From positions 252,908-316,907 of the forward strand of contig JAMCUI010000009.1 of the NCBI GenBank assembly GCA_023379265.1: DNA of 64,000 nucleotides, read 5' to 3'. Made by a program: the position numbers and the translations under genes. Below, in pieces: positions 56,846-64,000 of this stretch (the stretch's first letter is position 1; each line of letters opens with the position of its first letter). Below the pieces are notes generated by a model, which was not told the DNA's origin, searched no databases, and saw nothing but the letters and a program-made list of their open reading frames with translations. Origin of the DNA: Patescibacteria group bacterium. Lineage in GTDB: Bacteria; Patescibacteriota; Microgenomatia; 2-02-FULL-39-11.

Positions 56846-57547
56846 ATGGTTAGAAAATACATCAATTCAGTTATAAGAATAATAGACAATTTATGGCAAA
56901 AAAATGATGATCTGCGACAGTTAATCTTTAGGCGAATGAAAAGATCTTACAGCCAATATTTCGAAGATTTAGAACTGGATAAAGCTTTTAAAAATAAAAC
57001 TCTTGGTTTTTATGTAGATGTTGGGGCAAACGACCCAAGAATTCTTTCCAATACGTATCATTTCTACTTAAAAGGATGGAGAGGAATAAACATAGAGCCT
57101 GATACAGATTTGTTTACAAAGTTGGAAAAATATAGAAAAGAAGATATAAATTTGAATATAGGAATAGCAAGAAGAAGAGGAAAAAGAAAATTCTTTAATA
57201 TTTCGGCTCCTACACTTTCTACTTTCTCCGAAATAACTGCAATAAGGTCAGAATCGGAAGGCTATAAGATAAACGAAATTAAATATATAGACGTAATTCC
57301 ACTGTCACAAATATTAGATAAGTATTTGGTTAATGGAAAGGTGGATTTTTTTTCTATAGATGTAGAAGGATATGAATCTGAAGTGCTTAGAAGTAATAAT
57401 TGGCGAAAATACAGACCTGAATTTATTATTATCGAAATAAACAGAAGTGGAAAGGAGATAAAATCATTCTTAGAATCAAAAATGTACAGACAGATTTTCG
57501 AAAATGGTACTAACGCAATATTTAGAGATAATAATCTTAAAAATTAA
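56846..57547 (+). CDS. FkbM-family SAM-dependent methyltransferase
   Basis: 'GFYVDVGANDPRILSN', 'NIEPDTDLF' and 'VDFFSIDVEGYESEVL'. Visibly lower GC than the neighbours and flanked by ~200-nt and ~115-nt AT-rich spacers. Confidence 0.65.
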   Translation: MVRKYINSVIRIIDNLWQKNDDLRQLIFRRMKRSYSQYFEDLELDKAFKNKTLGFYVDVGANDPRILSNTYHFYLKGWRGINIEPDTDLFTKLEKYRKEDINLNIGIARRRGKRKFFNISAPTLSTFSEITAIRSESEGYKINEIKYIDVIPLSQILDKYLVNGKVDFFSIDVEGYESEVLRSNNWRKYRPEFIIIEINRSGKEIKSFLESKMYRQIFENGTNAIFRDNNLKN

Positions 57548-57661
57548 GATTGCTAATACAAAGAAATTATTTATGAAATGTACGGTGCTAATGAAGTAAA
57601 AATCTGACAGGAAAAGATATAGTCATTCTTGAAAATTTTGGAGGAAGGTTAATACAAACTG

Positions 57662-58792
57662 ATGAATTTTATTCTAGCAATTTGCGTAGATATTCAGGCA
57701 TTCTATAAAAATAAAATTTTGGATGGTAATTATGCCCGTAAGTTTCCAGGCGCAGGTTGGGTATCAGAATTTCTTCCTTTAGCCAAAAAACGAGACGTCG
57801 ATGTAGCGACTGGAGACATTGCTTTAGAGATGGTACATGCCGGGAAATGGAAAGCTAAGGATATATTTGTAATTTCGGAACTTGATGCCAGCCAGGCAAA
57901 AGAACTGATTGGGCTCGGCGCCCGGCCATTTATACTTTCTGCTTTCGAATCACCCCTTATTGCCTATAATTTTTACGATAAACTGAAAGATTTATCGGTA
58001 AAGTTTCCTTATAGACTTCTTTTCCCGGGAGCTTTCGGGTTAGCAGCGGGAGATGGCAAAAACATGAGGGCGTATTTTCCGAATTTTGACCCGTCTGAAA
58101 TAAAAAGGCCTGTCGCGTGGGACAAAAGGAAATTTATTTGTATGGTGGCGGCAAATAAATTCTGGCGGGAAAAATTCGTTTTCCCTTTATATTTGTCACC
58201 TTTAAGGTACGCCAAGTGGCTGGCGTTTCAGCGGGAAAAAGTAACTTCTCCAACAAGAAGGTACGCAATAAAAAATGAGTTGCAGTCAAAGAGGTTTGAA
58301 GCAATTGAGTATTTCGGGAAAAGAAAAGAATTGGATTTATTTGGTTACGGTTGGAAGGATAGGGAGAGATTACCTGACGGTTTTAGAGAAAGATTAGATC
58401 CAATTCTTGATAAGATTAAACCAAATTCGTGTAAGGATAAAAATAGAACTATTTCGGGATATAAATATGCCGTCTGTTTCGAAAATACCGCATATCCGGG
58501 GTATATTACGGAGAAAATTATCGACTGTTTTACGGCAGGGGTGATACCGGTATACCTGGGAGCGCCGGATGTGGAAAAGTATATACCTCCTGAAACATTT
58601 GTCGATATGCGCAAATTTGATTCATGGGAGAAACTTGAGAGGAAATTAAAACGCATAAACGAACAAGAGGCTAAAAGGATGATTGAGGCAGGCAGAAAAT
58701 TCTTGATGGGCAAAGAGGGTATAAAATACAGCTTTTCCGGTTTTGCTAAAGATATTGATGATTTAGTTCAGAAAGAAATAAACAATCTATGA
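57662..58792 (+). CDS. GT10-family alpha-1,3(/4)-fucosyltransferase
   Basis: 'YKYAVCFENTAYPGYITEKIIDCFTAGVIPVYLGAPDVEKYIPPETFVDMRKFDSW' matches the FucT alpha-1,3 motif (compare Helicobacter FutA 'FHLCFENSQGYGYVTEKIIDAYFSHTIPIYWGSPSV'). A GGAGGAAGG sequence lies upstream. Confidence 0.8.
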   Translation: MNFILAICVDIQAFYKNKILDGNYARKFPGAGWVSEFLPLAKKRDVDVATGDIALEMVHAGKWKAKDIFVISELDASQAKELIGLGARPFILSAFESPLIAYNFYDKLKDLSVKFPYRLLFPGAFGLAAGDGKNMRAYFPNFDPSEIKRPVAWDKRKFICMVAANKFWREKFVFPLYLSPLRYAKWLAFQREKVTSPTRRYAIKNELQSKRFEAIEYFGKRKELDLFGYGWKDRERLPDGFRERLDPILDKIKPNSCKDKNRTISGYKYAVCFENTAYPGYITEKIIDCFTAGVIPVYLGAPDVEKYIPPETFVDMRKFDSWEKLERKLKRINEQEAKRMIEAGRKFLMGKEGIKYSFSGFAKDIDDLVQKEINNL

Positions 58793-59721
58793 AATATTCA
58801 AACGAAGATTTAGGAGTATTTATTCTTACTTATAATAGGCCGCGGTTATTGGAGCAGACGTTATTGAGCTTTGTTCACCAGACTATTAAGGGATTTAAAC
58901 TAACAGTGATTGATAATGGATCAACAGATAGAGAAATGAAGCAAATGAAAAAGAAAATTATTAATTGGGGATATAACTATATGAGACTCAGGAAAAATTT
59001 AAACCCAAGTCTGATCTTGGAACCAATAAAGCCGAAAATGAAAACAAAATTATTTATGCTTTTTCATGATGATGATTTAATACACCCTGATTACTTAAGA
59101 CAAGCAATAAATTTGTTCAACCGTTACCCTGAGACAATATTTATCGGCTCCGCAATGTCTTTTGACAGTCAGCCTGAAAAGTTATCTTGGCCTAATTTTA
59201 CTGGTGAGTTTGAGGTGTTTGATACAGTAAATGACTTTGCTGCATTTATTTATAAAGGATTTCCGCTTCATTTTGCTTCCGTCGTTTACGTAACTAGATA
59301 TTTCAAAGAGGCATGCAATCCTTTTGACGTGTATGGCAAAATAGCTGACAGACCTTTTTTATTTGATATGGCTGGAAATAAAAAGAGAGAGATAATTGTA
59401 CTAACGGAATGTTATATCAGATATCGTACTCACTATAACCAGGATTCGCAGAATGTAAATACCGGTCCTTTCAAGGATCAGCTTTTTGCACTGCACAGAA
59501 GATATCGCGAGCTTTTGGGTGATAATATTTTGACCGCAAACGGTAGGATTTTTGTCAGAAAAAATTACGAGTATTTATATTTAGAAGCGTTAAAATTAAA
59601 AAAAACCACATCCCCGGAAGAATATATTATAGAAGCTTTGGAAAAAGGCGCGACGACCCGGTTGGCTATAAATTACGGCAGACTGCATTTATATCTAAAA
59701 AGATTGCTAGGATATGGGTAA
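58789..59721 (+). CDS. Family 2 glycosyltransferase
   Basis: 'LGVFILTYNRPRLLEQTL', 'LTVIDNGSTD' and 'LFHDDDL'. ATGA overlap. Confidence 0.65.
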   Translation: MKYSNEDLGVFILTYNRPRLLEQTLLSFVHQTIKGFKLTVIDNGSTDREMKQMKKKIINWGYNYMRLRKNLNPSLILEPIKPKMKTKLFMLFHDDDLIHPDYLRQAINLFNRYPETIFIGSAMSFDSQPEKLSWPNFTGEFEVFDTVNDFAAFIYKGFPLHFASVVYVTRYFKEACNPFDVYGKIADRPFLFDMAGNKKREIIVLTECYIRYRTHYNQDSQNVNTGPFKDQLFALHRRYRELLGDNILTANGRIFVRKNYEYLYLEALKLKKTTSPEEYIIEALEKGATTRLAINYGRLHLYLKRLLGYG

Positions 59722-60715
59722 GAAAAAGAATATTAACATAATCTCAGAATCTGCAAAGTCTGGCAAAATTACGGGTCCGTATAAGGTATTCCTTAATACT
59801 TGCAAAGGGTTTGGCCAAATCGGCCAGCCATATACGGTTAATCACAATATTTATAGTTGCGAAAGGAATTGGATACACGATTCGGTCGGCGGATTTATGG
59901 AGATGGCAGTATCAGGTTTGCCGGGAGTGGTTGGACCCAACATATTTATTTTGCCAGATGATATTCCAAAGTATCGGCCCAAACTCAAAAACTGCATTTA
60001 TGTCCATCCAAGTGTTTGGCCGATAAGATTGTGGGAGAGATTAGGGTTTGATGAGTGTAAATTAGAAATATGGTCAGCAGGCATTGATATAGATTATTTT
60101 ATTCCGGAAAAAAAAGAAAAATCAAAACAGGTAATGGTATATTTTAAGGAACGTGAGGCCAAATTACTGGATAAAGTTTTGGAAGTTTTATCCTCAGAAA
60201 AAATTGAACCGGCTGTCATAAATTACGGTAATTACAAAGAAGACTATTATTTGGATACATTACAAAACTCAATTTTCGGAATTTGGCTGGGACGACACGA
60301 AAGCCAGGGTATAGCGATGCTAGAGGCGCTTTCGGCAGGATTGCCGCTTTTGGTGATTGACGTGAACTCTCTTTTTGAGGTATCCGCAGAAAACCATTAC
60401 AGGTTTCCTCCGGGTCTGAAGAATTTCCGTGTAACTAGCGCGCCATACTTCAGTGACAGATGCGGAATTATCATAAAGGATATAGGCAGATTGGAAGGGA
60501 CAGTTAGACAAATGACGGAAAACTACAAGAAATATAACCCTCGACAGTACATATTGGAAAATTTATCTCTAAGAAAATCAGCCCAAAGAATAGTAGGCCT
60601 GTTTGATAAATTGGAGAATGACGGATTTTTGCAAAAGTTTACAGGGTCGGTTGACAAAGAATTTCAATTAAGCGTCAGGTCAAAATTGTTACTCAAAATA
60701 AATAAATTTTTATGA
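59714..60715 (+). CDS. GT-B fold (GT4-like) glycosyltransferase
   Basis: 'GRHESQGIAMLEALSAGLPLLVIDVNSL' C-terminal GT-B motif. Confidence 0.55.
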   Translation: MGKKKNINIISESAKSGKITGPYKVFLNTCKGFGQIGQPYTVNHNIYSCERNWIHDSVGGFMEMAVSGLPGVVGPNIFILPDDIPKYRPKLKNCIYVHPSVWPIRLWERLGFDECKLEIWSAGIDIDYFIPEKKEKSKQVMVYFKEREAKLLDKVLEVLSSEKIEPAVINYGNYKEDYYLDTLQNSIFGIWLGRHESQGIAMLEALSAGLPLLVIDVNSLFEVSAENHYRFPPGLKNFRVTSAPYFSDRCGIIIKDIGRLEGTVRQMTENYKKYNPRQYILENLSLRKSAQRIVGLFDKLENDGFLQKFTGSVDKEFQLSVRSKLLLKINKFL

Positions 60716-61389
60716 GAGAAAATGTAAAAATCACAAATGTCCGGAAACTGCACCTGGGTTGCGGGGAAATATACCTGCCCGGTTATATAAACATAGATTT
60801 TCCCCAAAGCAAGCATACTGTCCAGGAAAATGCGAAAGTCGATCTTTATGCTGATATAAATAAGCTTAAATATAAGCCAAATTCAATAGGTGAGATAAGG
60901 TTGCACCATGTATTTGAGCATTTTGAGAGACCGGTAGCCTGCGCGCTTTTGGTTTCGTGGCGATCCTGGTTGACTGTAGGAGGAAGACTAAGAATTGAAG
61001 TGCCTGATTTTGACAGGACCGCATTGAATGTAATCAATCCCTTCACTAGTTTCCGGACGAAAACCGTGGCACTGAGGCATATTTTCGGCTCAAATGAAGC
61101 TTTGTGGGCGGTACACTTTGAAGGATGGTCAAAAAATCGGTTAACGGAAATTCTTGAGACGATCGGATTCAGATTGGTTAAAACGAGAAAGAATTCCTGG
61201 AAAGGAACATATAATATTGATATTACCGCAGTTAAGACGGAATCTGTTTTAAGTGTGGCAGATTATTATCGTCAGGTAAGGGATTATCTCGGTAATTTTA
61301 CCCTGGATGAGTCGGAAGGGGAAAAGCGCATACTGATGGTCTGGATGCAGAAATATAATAGACAGATTAAGTTATCATTTGCCAAATGA
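60712..61389 (+). CDS. Class I SAM-dependent methyltransferase
   Basis: 'KLHLGCGEIYLPGYINID' (motif I), 'LHHVFEHF' and 'GGRLRIEVPDF'. Confidence 0.6.
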   Translation: MRENVKITNVRKLHLGCGEIYLPGYINIDFPQSKHTVQENAKVDLYADINKLKYKPNSIGEIRLHHVFEHFERPVACALLVSWRSWLTVGGRLRIEVPDFDRTALNVINPFTSFRTKTVALRHIFGSNEALWAVHFEGWSKNRLTEILETIGFRLVKTRKNSWKGTYNIDITAVKTESVLSVADYYRQVRDYLGNFTLDESEGEKRILMVWMQKYNRQIKLSFAK

Positions 61390-62192
61390 AAAAAATAAGC
61401 GTAATTATTCCGACTTTCAACAGATCAAAAAGTTTGATCCGTGCAGTAAAAAGTGTAATTGGTCAAACGGTCAAACCTTTTGAGATTATTGTTTCTGACG
61501 ACGGGTCAAATGATGGTAGTGAAAAAATCGTAGGCAGGATTGGTGATCCGATAGTAAAATGGATAAGCGCAAAACATACAGGACTTCCGGCCGCCGTGCG
61601 AAACAAAGGCATAAAAAAATCCAGGGGAGACTGGCTTGCATTTCTGGACAGTGATGATAAGTGGGAAGAAAACAAGTTGGAAGAACAAATAGAGATTATT
61701 GATAAGTATAAATGCGGAGCTGTTTGTGCCAACTCTTCAAGAGTAACTAATAATGCTAGTAAAGCAGGTTTTGTTTCCCCTTTTTCCGGCAGAATTATCC
61801 GCTTAACTGATTTGTTAAAAGAAAATTATGTCGTCACCAGTTCTGTTTTGATAAGGAAAGATTTGATTCAAAGGACAGGAGGTTTTCCTGAAGATAAGAA
61901 TTTATTGGTGGGTGAGGATTATGCCTTGTGGCTTAGGGTTGCTGCCGAGACAGATTTTTACTTTATTAATAAACCTCTTTTAAGGTATACCGATAACCCT
62001 AAAAGCAGTATAAGAAAGCTTGGCAAAGATGATTTTTTACAAAGGGTGGAAGTATTGGAAAATTTCAGCCGTTATCTGGCCGAAAAAAAATACCCATTTG
62101 GTATGAGACTAAAAACACATATATATAAGACATTATTGTATTACTTTTTTTACACTAACCTACTGATAAGGAAAACTAAATATTTGATATGA
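61386..62192 (+). CDS. Family 2 glycosyltransferase
   Basis: 'ISVIIPTFNRSKSL', 'IIVSDDGSNDGS' and 'FLDSDDKW'. Confidence 0.75.
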   Translation: MKKISVIIPTFNRSKSLIRAVKSVIGQTVKPFEIIVSDDGSNDGSEKIVGRIGDPIVKWISAKHTGLPAAVRNKGIKKSRGDWLAFLDSDDKWEENKLEEQIEIIDKYKCGAVCANSSRVTNNASKAGFVSPFSGRIIRLTDLLKENYVVTSSVLIRKDLIQRTGGFPEDKNLLVGEDYALWLRVAAETDFYFINKPLLRYTDNPKSSIRKLGKDDFLQRVEVLENFSRYLAEKKYPFGMRLKTHIYKTLLYYFFYTNLLIRKTKYLI

Positions 62193-63367
62193 AAATACTA
62201 CATGCAGTCCAGTTCTATTTTCCCGCTACCGGAGGGATGCAGGAAGCAGTCAGGCAAATTTCCGAGAACCTCGCCCGACTTGGACATGACGTGACGGTAG
62301 TTACCTCAAAAGATACTAAGAGGAAGAAAGGGATGGTAAACGGGGTCAAAATTGAAGAATTTGATATAACGGGAAATGCGGTAGTAGGGATAAAAGGAGA
62401 GATTGAACGTTTTAGGAAATATCTGACGGATTCCCGCTTTGATATCGTCACAAATTTTGCCGCGACCCAATGGGCGACGGACATAATGCTGCCTATCCTT
62501 TCCAGAGTAAAGGCCAAAAAGGTATTTGTGCCGACCGGTTTTTCCATGCTTTACACGCCTTCCTATTCGCAATATTTCAGGGAGATGAAAAGCTGGATGA
62601 AGGAATATGATATGAATGTTTTTTTATCAGAAAACTATCGGGATATAAATTTTGCCAGGGAAAACGGGATTAAAAAGATACGTATTATCCCAAACGGAGC
62701 CAGCAGGGAAGAGTTTGGAGAAAAAGTGAAAATCGATATAAAAAAAAAGCTGGGAATTCCTAAAAACCATTTACTTATCCTTCATGTTGGTTCTCATACG
62801 GGAGCCAAGGGTCACAGTGAAGGAATCCGCATATTTGACAAAGCGGATATTAATAACGCAACATTTCTCATTATTGGAAACAAAACAACCAAAGGATGTT
62901 ATAGAAGCTGCAAGTTGAGAGAACTGGCATTTGCAATAAAGCCCAAAAACAGGAGAAAAGAAAAAAGGCTGAAAATTATGGAGTTTGACAGAGCTCATAC
63001 AATTGCGGCATACCAGGCTGCCGATCTCTTTCTTTTTCCCTCAAATATAGAGTGTTCTCCTCTTGTGCTTTTTGAGTGTATGGCTTCAAGAACCCCATTT
63101 TTAACGGCTGACACGGGAAACGCCAGGGAGATAATCGATTGGTCACATTCGGGGGTATTATTACCCACCATTATTGACACGCTAGGCTATAGTCATGTTG
63201 ATGAAAAAGAATCCGCGGGTATTTTGGAGAAAATGGTAAACAATAAACCACAGCTTCAAAAAATGGCAGGTAATGGTTTCATAGCCTGGAAAAATAAATT
63301 CACCTGGGAAAAAATTGCAATAAAGTATGAAAATCTTTATAAGGAATTGTTATGCAAAAAAAATTAA
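62189..63367 (+). CDS. GT4-family glycosyltransferase
   Basis: 'MKILHAVQFYFPATGGMQEAV...GHDVTVVTS' and 'NIECSPLVLFECMASRTPFLTADTGNAREII'. Confidence 0.7.
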   Translation: MKILHAVQFYFPATGGMQEAVRQISENLARLGHDVTVVTSKDTKRKKGMVNGVKIEEFDITGNAVVGIKGEIERFRKYLTDSRFDIVTNFAATQWATDIMLPILSRVKAKKVFVPTGFSMLYTPSYSQYFREMKSWMKEYDMNVFLSENYRDINFARENGIKKIRIIPNGASREEFGEKVKIDIKKKLGIPKNHLLILHVGSHTGAKGHSEGIRIFDKADINNATFLIIGNKTTKGCYRSCKLRELAFAIKPKNRRKEKRLKIMEFDRAHTIAAYQAADLFLFPSNIECSPLVLFECMASRTPFLTADTGNAREIIDWSHSGVLLPTIIDTLGYSHVDEKESAGILEKMVNNKPQLQKMAGNGFIAWKNKFTWEKIAIKYENLYKELLCKKN

Positions 63368-64000
63368 TGAATTATTTCCTAAAAGAAGCAGTATCAGCAT
63401 ATCATTTTTTATTCTATTTCTATGAAATTTTCGGCATGCCGCGGCCAACACAGGAATATTATAAAGATATGGGTTATTTTTACAAAAATGATCCTTACAC
63501 CAGACAATACCGTTTTTCAAATTGGGGAAGCAGAAAATGGGAGTACAGATATGCACAGGGAATTCTTGAAGAGATTGGAATAAAAGATAAAAACGTGGTT
63601 GATGTCGGGATCGGCATTCCGTCTGATTATGATTTTTATAAATATTATTTGAAATCTGGTTGCCATCTTTGGGCGTTTGATCCGGATGGCAGGTTGCCAA
63701 AAGTATTAAACTTGTCGGAAAAATGCCGGATTTTCAATAAATCAGCAGAGAAAATCAACATTCCTCCAAAATCATGCGATGTTGTAGTCTGCATATCGGC
63801 TTTTGAGCATTTTCCTTTCAGGATATTTCAAAAAACAGTGAAGGAGGTCTATAGAATATTAAAGAAAAACGGGCATTTTATCATAACTTTGGACTTGACT
63901 CATGATAAAAAGAAATCAGCCAGGTGGGCAATTTTGGAGAAAACACTAAACGGACTGCCAGAATATGAAAATGATATCGGACTGAAAACTCACGACAAAC
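63367..64000 (+). CDS. Class I SAM-dependent methyltransferase, 3'-truncated by the window edge
   Basis: This ORF is not in the supplied track because it has no stop in the window. Translation from the ATG at 63367 (TAATG overlap) gives 'MNYFLKEAV...VVDVGIGIPSDYDF...CDVVVCISAFEHFP...LKKNGHFIITLD', i.e. SAM fold motifs I to III. Confidence 0.55.
   Translation, partial: MNYFLKEAVSAYHFLFYFYEIFGMPRPTQEYYKDMGYFYKNDPYTRQYRFSNWGSRKWEYRYAQGILEEIGIKDKNVVDVGIGIPSDYDFYKYYLKSGCHLWAFDPDGRLPKVLNLSEKCRIFNKSAEKINIPPKSCDVVVCISAFEHFPFRIFQKTVKEVYRILKKNGHFIITLDLTHDKKKSARWAILEKTLNGLPEYENDIGLKTHDK

Overview
This 64-kb window (about 36-38% GC by eye, low coding GC, tightly packed genes) is almost entirely a cell-envelope glycosylation locus. 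I found no rRNA, tRNA, CRISPR array, transposase or integrase. I could support about 56 CDSs in three strand blocks. (1) Plus strand, 1-32934: GT2 (GT-A fold) and GT4 (GT-B fold) cytoplasmic glycosyltransferases and a YfhO-like membrane protein. Then comes a tandem array of seven full-length paralogous GT-C fold ArnT/PMT-like (GT39/GT83-type) integral-membrane glycosyltransferases plus one internally deleted, truncated copy (6831-19316). Next are a galE-like epimerase and a Glf-family pyranose/furanose mutase, a GtrB/CsbB-like polyprenyl-phosphate glycosyltransferase paired with a second YfhO-like membrane protein, a PIG-V-like GT-C protein, two more Dpm1/GtrB-like GT2 enzymes, GDP-fucose synthase (fcl) and a diverged fcl paralog. 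(2) Minus-strand island, 32956-46497: a CDP-3,6-dideoxyhexose pathway (ddhA/rfbF, ddhB/rfbG and the Fe-S PMP-dependent E1 dehydrase ddhC/rfbH), a YerE-like ThDP-dependent carboligase, an SDR reductase, a TylC3-family sugar C-methyltransferase with an N-terminal zinc ribbon, an FkbM methyltransferase, a NeuB-family nonulosonate synthase, a TIM-barrel isomerase-like protein and a membrane-anchored GtrB/ArnC-like enzyme. (3) Plus strand, 46678-64000: carbamoyltransferase, AsnB-like amidotransferase, GT4 and GT2 enzymes, a Wzm/Wzt ABC exporter whose Wzt carries a C-terminal carbohydrate-binding extension, a GT10 alpha-1,3-fucosyltransferase, an FkbM methyltransferase in a low-GC pocket, and class I methyltransferases. 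Many gene junctions are 4-nt ATGA or 1-nt TAATG overlaps. The most unusual signals are the eight-copy GT-C array fed by four polyprenyl-phosphate-sugar synthases, and an apparent pathway for a CDP-activated, C-branched 3,6-dideoxysugar (yersiniose-like and/or C-methylated). Gene content and style suggest a small-genome, possibly CPR/Microgenomates-like, bacterium; that is an inference only.
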